Positions 48,833 to 60,559 of a DNA stretch of 64,000 nucleotides are shown in pieces. Numbering within the stretch: position 1 is the first letter of the stretch; each line of letters opens with the position of its first letter. Origin of the DNA: an uncultured Acidobacteriota bacterium (lineage in GTDB: Bacteria; Acidobacteriota; Thermoanaerobaculia; Gp7-AA8). Where the stretch lies: assembly GCA_963741955.1 (NCBI GenBank), contig CAVUKB010000001.1:256001-320000 (forward strand), given 5' to 3'. The notes under the pieces were generated by a model. That model worked only from the letters and a program-made list of their open reading frames with translations, searched no databases and was not told the origin of the DNA. The position numbers were made by a program, and so were the translations under genes.

Positions 48833-49624
48833 ATGGCCGCGGCTCGATCGGCGGTCGTGATCGGACTCGGGCTGATCGGAGGATCGATCGGGATGGCACT
48901 TCGCCGCTCCGGCTGGCGGGTCGCCTACGTCGATCCCCGGGTCGAAGAGGATGATGCGAGGCTCGCGGGAGCCGCGGACTTCCGGCTGAATGATTCAGCA
49001 GGATCGGACGCCTCGGTGATCATTCTTGCGACGCCCGTCGATGTCGCTCTCGAGATTCTCGATCGCATCGAACCTGGCCCCTCCGTCGTCACCACGGTTT
49101 GCAGCGTGATGTTCCCTCTCGGCCGGAAGGCCGCCGCGCGCGGGCTGCCGTTCGTGGCCGGCCACCCGCTGGCCGGATCCCATGAGAGCTCTCTCGCTGC
49201 TGCAGACGGAGAGCTGTTTCGCGGAAAGAAGTGGTTTCTGGATCGCGAAGGAACGAGTGAGGTCGTCGATGCCCTCGTCGCGGCGTGCGGCGCCGTCGCG
49301 GTCCGCGTCGATCCGGTGGAGCACGACCGCGCGATTGCCCTCACCAGTCACCTCCCGCAGCTCGTCTCGACGGCGCTCGCCTCGTTGATCGAGCGGGAAG
49401 GCGACCGGCTCGACCCGTTCATCGGAACCGGGCTGCGCACGCTGCTTCGCCTCGCGGGAAGCAGTCACGGCGTGTGGGCCCCGGTGCTGGAGGCGAACCG
49501 GGAGGAGATCGAGCGTGCCGCTTCACTCCTGGAGGAGACGATGCGGGAGATGCTCGACGAGGGAAGCGAAGAGGAGTTCGCCGCCGCGCAGAAGCTCTTC
49601 GCGAAGCTCCAGACTCGAGGCTAG
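48833..49624 (+). CDS. tyrA: Prephenate/arogenate dehydrogenase
   Basis: GLGLIGGS, GHPLAG, EHDRAIALTSHLPQ. Confidence 0.9.
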   Translation: MAAARSAVVIGLGLIGGSIGMALRRSGWRVAYVDPRVEEDDARLAGAADFRLNDSAGSDASVIILATPVDVALEILDRIEPGPSVVTTVCSVMFPLGRKAAARGLPFVAGHPLAGSHESSLAAADGELFRGKKWFLDREGTSEVVDALVAACGAVAVRVDPVEHDRAIALTSHLPQLVSTALASLIEREGDRLDPFIGTGLRTLLRLAGSSHGVWAPVLEANREEIERAASLLEETMREMLDEGSEEEFAAAQKLFAKLQTRG

Positions 49625-49660
49625 AGGCTCGAGGGGCGAGGCTGGAGGCTCGGGGCTGGA
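49614..49660. repeat. 7-bp tandem array (CTCGAGG variants)
   Basis: About 6-7 degenerate units between convergent genes. Confidence 0.75.
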
Positions 49661-49674
49661 ACCCCGAGTCTCTC

Positions 49675-52068
49675 CTAGACCAGCGCGACGCTTCCCGTCT
49701 TCGTGCTCCTTTTCTTCGCCACCAGCGCGTCGACGTACTTCCGGATCGCCTTGAACTGTGCCTCACCCGAGAGTCCCGCTTCCGCGATGACTTTCTCGCC
49801 GGCTCCGCTGCCGGGGTAATGACCGCTCTGGTACGGATGGAGCGTGCTCGAGCGACCGAGATCGCTTCGGATCCAGCGATACATCGTCGGAAGCGTGAAG
49901 CCGGTGATGCCCATCGCGAGCTGAGCCCGTTCTTCCGGGAAGATGCGCTGCTGGACCGCCGTCGGAAGGAGGTCGAACAGCTCGGCGCTGGCCACGTAGT
50001 AGACGTTCAGGTCGATGCCCGCTTTCTCGAGAAGAGGAAGAGCATTGCGGACGAATTCGTAAGTGACACCCGATTCCTGGAGAACGATGGTGCCGTCTCC
50101 TTCACCGTCCGCTTCGCGCAGGAGATAGACGCCGTCGACCGCGGCCGATGCCGGTGCGAGGCCGAGCGCCTCACGGTCGAGAACCATTTCGTTGGGGCGG
50201 GTGACGAACGGTGCGATGACCGCGGGACGCCGTGCGAGTGCGGTCCTGACCAGATACCAGATCTCCTGCGGTTCCCACGGGGTGAGAGTGATCATCGTGC
50301 CGCGCGGGAAGTTTTCCTGCAGCAGTTGAAGCGGCTGCGGGTCGGCATGGGTCGGACCATCTTCTCCCGTCTTCAGTCCTGCATGGGCGCAGACGAGGAA
50401 GTACGGGTTGTAGGGCGACGGGCTTATGCTCTGCTTTCCCTGCTGCCCGATCGCGTGAAGTCTCGAGGCGATGTGACCGAGCGGTGCGATGAACGCACCG
50501 TAGGAGGAGCCGACGCCGATGTGGCGCCCGAATGCCGAGAGTCCGGTGAGGATGCCGGTCATCGCGTCTTCGCAGATGCCGCCGATCGAGAGGATGCGCG
50601 CGCCGGCGTTGGTCCGTGCGTTGTAGTAGCCGTCGGGGAATCCGACTGCGATCTCGATCACGCTGGTCGACCCGAGGAGGTCCGCGGCTCCGATCAGCAG
50701 CGAGCCGTCGCTCTTCCGGTTGTAGTGATTGAGGACGCGACCGAGCTGGCTGCGGAGAGTGATCGCGGTGCCGATCCGGAGCGCGAGCTCCTCCGGAGGC
50801 TGCTCCGGATTGTTCGCCGGGCCGTAGAGAGCCTCGACCGTCGGCGCATCGACTCGCGGTTTCCGCTTCTTCGCGATCAGCCTGGTGCGCGCTTGATTCG
50901 TGCGCGTCGCGAGGAGATCGGTCATGTCGGAGTTCTTCTCGAGGACGTTCCGAACCACCTGCAGCGAGTTCCAGAAGCACTGCTCGACTTGTTCGCCGTA
51001 CGAGCCTCCGTTGCAGCGGGTGTTCGGAATCTCGCACTGGTCGACGGTCATTCCTTCCGATTCGAGGAGCGGCCCGATCGCCTGCATGTAGCCCGGCGAG
51101 CAGAGTTTGTGGCCTGCACCGTGGGATGCTTTCCCTTCGATTCCGTACTGCCACCCCTTGGTGGTGCGGTAGACGATCGCGGTCGGCTGATCGTTTCCGA
51201 GCGTGCCGACCATCCGCTGCGCGGCGACCACCTGCTGGAAGTCCTTTCCGTCCGGAACGAAGATCACGTTCCAGTCGTGCAGGTAGAAGAGCTCCATCGG
51301 ATTCCACTGGACGTAGTCGCCCGCCATCTCCCCTTCCCGGGTGACGCGGTTCGAGTCGATCGAGGCCTGGTTCCAATCGAGATGCACCACCGCGTTCGAG
51401 AGAGATGCCGTTCCGGCGAACGCCAGAGCTTCGGCGACCCGGCCGGGAGTGAGTCCTCCCTCGCCTTCGATGATGTGCACCTTCGGAGCGTGCTTCCCGT
51501 AGTAGTCGGCCGCCCCGAGCGCGAGACCGAGCGACGACGCGAAACCGACGCCCGATGCACCGGTCGAGAGCCGGACGAACGGCGTGGCCGGGGTCGGGTG
51601 TCCATCGAGCGCCTTCGATCGCAGCTGCCGGAAGAGGGGCGTGTCATTGGTCGGATTGCGACGGAAGCCGAGAAGATCTTCCAGCCGGAGCTGCAGCTTC
51701 TCGTCGGTCGGAAGGAGTGCGGGAGCGCCGATCCGGACCACTTCGTTGCGGAGTGCCCACATCGCGTACAGGCCGAGCGCTTTGTGTCCCGCGGCGTACG
51801 AGATCATGTCCGCGTCATCGCGATCGGGATCGGAAAAGTCGTAGTCGAGCCGGTCGAAAAGGACGGACGCGACGAGCCTCCCCGAGGAGATCGATCCGCC
51901 CGGATGCCCCGAACCGGGAACGAAGTTGTACATCATCGCGCAGAGCGATCGATAGACGAGATCGAACTTCTCGAAAAGCGCGAGCTCGCTGCTGCTCAGC
52001 GGAGGCTCGATCGTTTCACGGGAGAGATCGATGAAGACTGCACGGCGTTTTCCGAACTCGAGAGACAT
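49675..52068 (-). CDS. Transketolase-like thiamine-diphosphate enzyme (atypical)
   Basis: SGHPGGS, AGH, DGHP, GEGGLTPG...DWNQASID, GICE, GEDGPTH. Confidence 0.85.
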   Translation of the reverse strand: MSLEFGKRRAVFIDLSRETIEPPLSSSELALFEKFDLVYRSLCAMMYNFVPGSGHPGGSISSGRLVASVLFDRLDYDFSDPDRDDADMISYAAGHKALGLYAMWALRNEVVRIGAPALLPTDEKLQLRLEDLLGFRRNPTNDTPLFRQLRSKALDGHPTPATPFVRLSTGASGVGFASSLGLALGAADYYGKHAPKVHIIEGEGGLTPGRVAEALAFAGTASLSNAVVHLDWNQASIDSNRVTREGEMAGDYVQWNPMELFYLHDWNVIFVPDGKDFQQVVAAQRMVGTLGNDQPTAIVYRTTKGWQYGIEGKASHGAGHKLCSPGYMQAIGPLLESEGMTVDQCEIPNTRCNGGSYGEQVEQCFWNSLQVVRNVLEKNSDMTDLLATRTNQARTRLIAKKRKPRVDAPTVEALYGPANNPEQPPEELALRIGTAITLRSQLGRVLNHYNRKSDGSLLIGAADLLGSTSVIEIAVGFPDGYYNARTNAGARILSIGGICEDAMTGILTGLSAFGRHIGVGSSYGAFIAPLGHIASRLHAIGQQGKQSISPSPYNPYFLVCAHAGLKTGEDGPTHADPQPLQLLQENFPRGTMITLTPWEPQEIWYLVRTALARRPAVIAPFVTRPNEMVLDREALGLAPASAAVDGVYLLREADGEGDGTIVLQESGVTYEFVRNALPLLEKAGIDLNVYYVASAELFDLLPTAVQQRIFPEERAQLAMGITGFTLPTMYRWIRSDLGRSSTLHPYQSGHYPGSGAGEKVIAEAGLSGEAQFKAIRKYVDALVAKKRSTKTGSVALV

Positions 52069-52104
52069 GTTCACTCCTTCCGGTTTGAACGGATCGTTTG
52101 CGCG

Positions 52105-53436
52105 TCAGAAGTACCTTTGGTCGTCGCGGAGGAAGGCGGCGAACCCTTCCCGGTCTCGGGAAGCCTTCGCGATCCGGGCGACTCCTTCCTTCAGGTCGTC
52201 CATCCCGGTCGCGATGGAGAGCCGGAGGAAATGCATCCCCTCGGTACCAATGCGTCCGAACGAGCGACGGTCCATCGTTGCGACCTGGTAGCGGAAGAGA
52301 AGGAAGAGCTGGAACAGCGTCGAAGGGCTGCTCTTCTCGCGAATCTCCGCCGGAAGCGATTCCCAGGCTTCAACGGCGCCGATGCTGTGGCAGACGCCCC
52401 CGATATTCGGGAAGACGTAGAAGGCTCCGCGCGGCATCTGGCAGCTGATTCCGTCGATGGCGTTGAGCCCTGCCACCACGACGTCGCGTCGCGCCTGGAA
52501 GGCGTCGACCATCCGCTTGATCTCGCCCGCGCTCTCCGGTGAAGTGATCGCGAGCGCGGCGCCGAGCTGGTTGTATCCCGCGGTGCACGAGAAGTAGTTG
52601 ATGTTCAGATTCTTGAAGACCGCCGCTTCTTCCTTCGTCGGGAAGACTGCCCACCCGATCCGTCCGCCGGTCCAGGAGTACGACTTCGAGACGCCGGAGA
52701 CCAGGATCGTGCGCTCCGCCATTCCGTCGAGCGATGCGATCGAGACGTGTTGGAGACCGTCGAACACGATGTGCTCGTAGACCTCGTCGGAGTAGACGCG
52801 GACGCCCGCAGGCGCTTTCTTCCGGATCACCTCCGCGATCTCCTCGAGCTGCGCGCGAGTGGCGACGCCGCCGGTGGGATTGGAGGGGAAGTTGATGTAG
52901 ATCAGCTTCGTGCGCGGCGTGATCAGCGGTTCCAGATCCCGGGCGGTGAAGCTGAACCCCTTCTCTTCACGGAGATGAAGCGGCACCGGTGTCGCGCCGA
53001 TGTAGCGGATGAACGACTCGTAGATCGGGAATCCCGGACTCGGATAGATGATCTCGTCGCCGGGATTGCAGTAGGTCTGCTGGCAGAAGCCGATCGGCGG
53101 TTTCGCTCCTGGAAAGACGACCACGCGGTCCGGAGTGATCTCGATGCCGCGCTGCGCGCCCATCGATTCGGCGACCGCCTTGCGGAGCGGGAGGAGACCC
53201 TGCGGATCCACGTAGTGGGTCATGTCGTTGTCGATCTGCCGCTTGACCTCTTCGCGGATGTGCCGCGGCAGCGGGAAATCGGGCTCGCCGAGATTGCAGC
53301 GGATGACGCGGGTCCCGCGGGCTTCCACTTCGGCGATGTAGGGTCCGACCTTGAAGGCGTTCTCGGTGTCGATCAGGCGGACCCGATCGGCGAAGATGGG
53401 GCGGGTGTCCGCAGGTGCGGTGAGCGTGTTCGTCAT
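52105..53436 (-). CDS. Class I/II PLP-dependent aminotransferase
   Basis: LGEPDF, PSNPTG, SDEVY, SKSYSWTGGRIG, GAFYVF. Confidence 0.92.
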   Translation of the reverse strand: MTNTLTAPADTRPIFADRVRLIDTENAFKVGPYIAEVEARGTRVIRCNLGEPDFPLPRHIREEVKRQIDNDMTHYVDPQGLLPLRKAVAESMGAQRGIEITPDRVVVFPGAKPPIGFCQQTYCNPGDEIIYPSPGFPIYESFIRYIGATPVPLHLREEKGFSFTARDLEPLITPRTKLIYINFPSNPTGGVATRAQLEEIAEVIRKKAPAGVRVYSDEVYEHIVFDGLQHVSIASLDGMAERTILVSGVSKSYSWTGGRIGWAVFPTKEEAAVFKNLNINYFSCTAGYNQLGAALAITSPESAGEIKRMVDAFQARRDVVVAGLNAIDGISCQMPRGAFYVFPNIGGVCHSIGAVEAWESLPAEIREKSSPSTLFQLFLLFRYQVATMDRRSFGRIGTEGMHFLRLSIATGMDDLKEGVARIAKASRDREGFAAFLRDDQRYF

Positions 53437-53681
53437 GATCAGCATCTCCTCCAGCCGTCTCGTGGATCCCGACAGCGGCCGTGTCGAGAGCCGTAGTCAC
53501 CGGGCCCCAGGCCAGCCGGATCCGGCCCGGCGTTACGCCAGGTGCGGCCCTCCGTCTATCGAAGAATCCGGACCGAGCCGTGCTGCCCGATTCCGTCCAT
53601 GACGAATGATTACAGAGGTTTCCCGGAAGCCCAGTGGCAGCCGTCACAATGGTTTGTGATCGGGGCGAGCCGACGGCCTAG

Positions 53682-53840
53682 GAGTCTGCGCGGTAGGAAC
53701 GTCCGTAGCGAGAAAGCGGAGCGGCGAGGCCAAATTCGTTCGGATTTGAGGTGCGTAGCGGTGGCTACTCGCCGAAAATCCGGACGGATTTGGACCGCTG
53801 ATCCGTTTTCGCAGTAGGACAGTTTCTATCGCGCAGACTC
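53682..53840. mobile_element. Palindromic MITE-like element, 159 bp, flanked by CTAG
   Basis: TIRs GAGTCTGCGCGGTAGGAAC / GTTTCTATCGCGCAGACTC (17/19); CTAG at 53678-53681 and 53841-53844. Confidence 0.8.
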
Positions 53841-53873
53841 CTAGCTGCAGGAGAATCTCGAGAAATCGTGGCG

Positions 53874-55511
53874 TCATCGGATGTAGCCGAGCGAACGCAG
53901 CGACTGGTAGTACTCACGATCCACGGGGACTCCGGAGTCGCGCGTGTCTCGGCTGCCATAGGTCGGGATCTCGGGAGGGGCAGCGCCCTCCGCGATCGCC
54001 GACCCGGGCATCTCGGCAGAGGTCGGAAATCCAAAGAGCTGGAGGATGGTGGGACCGAGGTCCCACGGCGAGCTCGCGTGCCGCAGCGGGATGGTCGAGG
54101 CAAGAATCGACGAGCCGCTGGTCGTACTGCCGGGCGAGCCGATCACGATGACCTCGTAACCGCGACGCCTGCTCTCCGCGACCAGGTGCGAGACGCCGTC
54201 GAGGATGGTGACCGATGCCGCGAGACGGCGTGGCGGATCGAGGTCCAGCCGGTTGAGGACGATGTCGAGCGCCGGCAGATAAATGGTCGCGAATCGAGGA
54301 TCCTGCTTCTCGATCGCAGACTCGAGCCGGGAGACTGCGAGCCGATCGATCTCGAGCGCGAGCGGCGAAGGATCACTCGTTCGCCGCCGCGCCGCCCGGA
54401 AGATCGACTCCTGACTCATCACCCGGAGGTTGGGAGCATTCGTCTCGCCCGCGGACCACCAGTTCACGGCGACGCTCGGCACACCGTGTCTGGCGAGGAT
54501 CTCCCAGACGTAATCGCGGCGGCGGACGGTCGGCGGAAGGGGTTGAGTGCGGGTCAGGTGGAGCGTGGCGCCGAGCCGCCCCAGGATCGGATCGGCGGCC
54601 GACCTCGCCTGGATGATCGGTCCTCCCGTGGCGATGCGAACGCCTTCGATCGACTGAACGCGGTGGAGCCGCTCGGGAGTGCCCGTTCCGATCGACGCCC
54701 ATCGCTCGGCGGAGGAGAGTGCATCGAGATCACCGAGTGCGGAGCGGTGAGGCAGCTGGCGGCCGAGGTCTTCGCGTGCGGCGAAAACATCCGATGTCAG
54801 CCCGTCGACTGCGATGACGACCAGCCGTACCCGCGTCGGAGTCACCGAGACCTGCGAAGGCGCCTTGAGTGAGTCGCTCTCCCGCTGCAGTTGCGGAGGG
54901 AGGAGGAGGGCCGTGACCACTCCGATCCCGATCAGCAGGATCGGTATCAGTCTCGAGCGCCGGTGGATCGACGGGATCTTTCCCGTCTCGTGAATGGAAA
55001 AAGAGAGAAACGCCGCGGAGAAGACGAGCGTGCCGATCACGAAGAGAATCAGCACCAGAATGCCGCCGACGATCGCCTCCACGGCCGTGGAGGCGGAAGG
55101 GAACCGCGACCACCAGAACCAGATTGCGCCGACCACGATCGCCGCAACCGCGGCAGAGACGGCGAGAAGCGCGACAGGACTTTCCACGGTGATGGACGGG
55201 CGGAGCTTCAGGGTGAGCGCGGTCAGGAGGATCAACGCGAAGATCGAGGCGGAATCGATCAGGAAGTATCCAGCGCCGAGGATTGCGGCCTCCCGGAGCG
55301 GGAGATGGTTGCGCATCAGCATCACGCCGAGCATCGGAAACATTGCGAATGCGCCCACCAGGACGGAGGCCTTGAATCCGAGGAGCGTGAGCTCGGTCCA
55401 GAAGGTTCTCGACCGCCAGGGGTCGAGAGCGAACCAGCGCTCGAGTCCGCGGGTGAGATAGCCGAGCTCGCGCAGCTGTCTCCTGAGCTGATCGATCGGG
55501 ACGTCCGACAT
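53874..55511 (-). CDS. Membrane protein with alkaline-phosphatase-superfamily C-terminal domain
   Basis: About 5-6 N-terminal TMs, VIAVDGL, SAERWASIGTG, DLGPTIL, LRSLGYI. Confidence 0.75.
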   Translation of the reverse strand: MSDVPIDQLRRQLRELGYLTRGLERWFALDPWRSRTFWTELTLLGFKASVLVGAFAMFPMLGVMLMRNHLPLREAAILGAGYFLIDSASIFALILLTALTLKLRPSITVESPVALLAVSAAVAAIVVGAIWFWWSRFPSASTAVEAIVGGILVLILFVIGTLVFSAAFLSFSIHETGKIPSIHRRSRLIPILLIGIGVVTALLLPPQLQRESDSLKAPSQVSVTPTRVRLVVIAVDGLTSDVFAAREDLGRQLPHRSALGDLDALSSAERWASIGTGTPERLHRVQSIEGVRIATGGPIIQARSAADPILGRLGATLHLTRTQPLPPTVRRRDYVWEILARHGVPSVAVNWWSAGETNAPNLRVMSQESIFRAARRRTSDPSPLALEIDRLAVSRLESAIEKQDPRFATIYLPALDIVLNRLDLDPPRRLAASVTILDGVSHLVAESRRRGYEVIVIGSPGSTTSGSSILASTIPLRHASSPWDLGPTILQLFGFPTSAEMPGSAIAEGAAPPEIPTYGSRDTRDSGVPVDREYYQSLRSLGYIR

Positions 55512-55633
55512 TCCGCCGATGCTAACGCAGCACGGCGCCGAAAGCTGCCCGCCCGCGGTGCTTTTTCTCTCCGCAACCGCCTGAGAAAGAGGAATTTCGC
55601 TCTTTGGGCGGCGTTCTCAATCCCGGAACCACA

Positions 55634-56509
55634 ATGGAGCTGAACCTCCCTCAGGGCCTCCCTGAATCTGCCGATCGTCCGACCACTCAGCCGTCCCCCG
55701 AACCTCGTGGAGTGTGGAAGCTCCTGTCGGGATCGCTGGTGGTCCTCGGTCTGCTCGCGCTCAAGCTGAAGGCGCTCGTGATCATCCTTTTCGGAGAGAT
55801 GAGGCTCTTCTTCGTCAATCCTTTCGAGGGATTCGGAGCGGCGCAGTTCGCATGGACGGGGGGTTCGATGCTGGCCTCCGTCATCGCGTATGCGGTGAAA
55901 ATGAGGCTTCCGTTCGCAGTGGGATTCGTGGTGGTGACAGTGATCCACGAGCTCGGACACGCGGTGATGATCCGGAGAAAAGGACTGAGGGCGGGAGCGA
56001 TCGTCTTCATCCCATTCGTCGGCGGCGCGGTGACTCTGAAGGATCAGCCGCACTCGGCGTTCGACGATGCGCAGATCGGCCTGGCGGGCCCGATCGCGGG
56101 GGCGATCGCATCGCTCGTGTCGCTCTGGATCTACGACGCGACCGGAAATCCGCTCTATCTCGCGATCTCATTCGCAGGCTTCATCCTCAATCTCTTCAAC
56201 CTTCTTCCTCTCGGGCCGCTCGACGGAGGAAAGATCTCCGCCGCGATCACGAAATGGACGTGGGTCCTCGGCGGACTGATTCTGCTGGCGCTGATGCTGA
56301 TCTACCGGAGCCCGATTCTGTCGGTCATCGTCGTGTTGAGCGTGATTCAGGTCTACCGGGCCATCCGCGAGGAGAGGAATGGCAGTTTCTACGACGTGCG
56401 GTTCTCGCAGAGGCTGGCGATCGCGGTGGTGTACTTCCTTCTGGTCGCACTCCTGGTCACGGCGGCGATGTTGACCTATGGGCAGCTCGCGATCCTGCAG
56501 GGACGCTGA
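55634..56509 (+). CDS. Site-2 protease (peptidase M50)
   Basis: HELGH, LAGP, NLLPLGPLDGG. Confidence 0.92.
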   Translation: MELNLPQGLPESADRPTTQPSPEPRGVWKLLSGSLVVLGLLALKLKALVIILFGEMRLFFVNPFEGFGAAQFAWTGGSMLASVIAYAVKMRLPFAVGFVVVTVIHELGHAVMIRRKGLRAGAIVFIPFVGGAVTLKDQPHSAFDDAQIGLAGPIAGAIASLVSLWIYDATGNPLYLAISFAGFILNLFNLLPLGPLDGGKISAAITKWTWVLGGLILLALMLIYRSPILSVIVVLSVIQVYRAIREERNGSFYDVRFSQRLAIAVVYFLLVALLVTAAMLTYGQLAILQGR

Positions 56510-56695
56510 TTCGCGGCCTCGTGGGCGAATCGGGATTCTTGGCGGCCCTGTTTCCGTTTGATAGGCTTGGTATTCCGCCCCCGGTCCGAATCGAATCCGG
56601 ACCGCAGACACATCCTGTGTCGGCCCGGGCGGGGTTTCGCCGGTCTCGCGGCCTCCGGGCCGGGTGCGGCCGGCGGGTAAGAGGGAAGTGAAGGA

Positions 56696-59437
<2,742 letters not shown>

Positions 59438-59465
59438 ACTTCGCATTCGCCGGACCGGCTGTGAG

Positions 59466-59494
59466 AGAGGACAGGAACGCTCCTGTCCTCTTTT
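59466..59494 (+). terminator. Rho-independent terminator of secA
   Basis: AGAGGACAGGA-ACGC-TCCTGTCCTCT followed by T run. Confidence 0.8.
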
Positions 59495-59542
59495 CATTGC
59501 GTATACTCGACAGATAACCCAGCAGAATCAGAAGGCGGTGCG

Positions 59543-60559
59543 ATGGAAGCGCTGAACGAAGAGGGAACCCGTGCATCCGATCCGGTAACGGAGGGGTCCG
59601 ATGCGATCGCCCGGCGAAGAGCGGGGCGGACATTCGGCGACTACATCGGTCTGTATGTCCGCGGTTTCTGCATGGGGTCGGCCGACGTCGTGCCGGGCGT
59701 CTCCGGCGGAACGATGGCCTTCATCCTCGGGATCTACGAGGAGCTCATCCTCTCGATCCGCGCCGTCGCGCGTCCGGAGTTCCTCCGGCCACTGCTGACC
59801 TTCCGCTGGGGTAAGGCCCAGCGCGTGCTGAACTGGCCTTTCCTTCTGGCGGTCCTGGCCGGAATCGCAACTGCAGTCCTGACCCTCGCGAAGGGTCTGG
59901 CCTGGATGCTCGTGCACCAGCCGATCCTGGTCTGGAGCTTCTTCTTCGGACTGGTCCTGGCGTCGGTGGTGACGGTCAGCCGCAGGGTGAAGAGATGGAC
60001 GGCGCTGCTCGCGTTTCTCGTCGCTGCTGGAGCGGTCGGTGCCTACATCTTCGTCGGACTGGTTCCGGTGCAGACCCCCGAGACGTGGTGGTTTCTCTTT
60101 CTCAGCGGCGCGGTGGCGATCTGCGCGATGATCCTGCCGGGAATCTCGGGCGCATTCGTACTGGTGCTGCTCGGTAAGTACCAGCACGTTCTCGCTGCGG
60201 TGAACGACCGCGATCTCGGATATCTCTTCTTCATCTGTCTGGGCGCGATGGTGGGGATCGTCACGTTCGCGCAGGTGCTCGGCTGGCTTTTCCGCAAATT
60301 CCACGACCCGACTGTGGCCGTCCTCACCGGCCTGATGCTCGGAAGTCTCCGGAAAGTGTGGCCGTGGAAGGTGCAGTCGGGGTTCATCATCGGAAGCCAC
60401 GGAAAGAGGATCCCGACGGTCGAGAACAACGTGCTCCCCCCGTTCATGGTTCACGGGACCTTCAATCGTGAGATCGCCGTGGCCATCGGCCTGGCGGTTC
60501 TCGGGCTGGTCGTGGTCCTGGTGCTCGAATGGTGGGCGAACCGGAAGGAGGCGTCGTGA
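59543..60559 (+). CDS. DUF368 membrane protein (undecaprenyl-phosphate transporter family)
   Basis: MGSADVVPGVSGGT.A.ILGIY, AMILPGISG, VWPW. Confidence 0.92.
   Translation: MEALNEEGTRASDPVTEGSDAIARRRAGRTFGDYIGLYVRGFCMGSADVVPGVSGGTMAFILGIYEELILSIRAVARPEFLRPLLTFRWGKAQRVLNWPFLLAVLAGIATAVLTLAKGLAWMLVHQPILVWSFFFGLVLASVVTVSRRVKRWTALLAFLVAAGAVGAYIFVGLVPVQTPETWWFLFLSGAVAICAMILPGISGAFVLVLLGKYQHVLAAVNDRDLGYLFFICLGAMVGIVTFAQVLGWLFRKFHDPTVAVLTGLMLGSLRKVWPWKVQSGFIIGSHGKRIPTVENNVLPPFMVHGTFNREIAVAIGLAVLGLVVVLVLEWWANRKEAS

Noticed and set aside
49285-52542. 1085-aa plus-strand ORF (and similar long ORFs such as 56168-59497, 35479-37350, 877-1776)
   Set aside because: Antisense shadows of well-supported genes in high-GC DNA; no motifs
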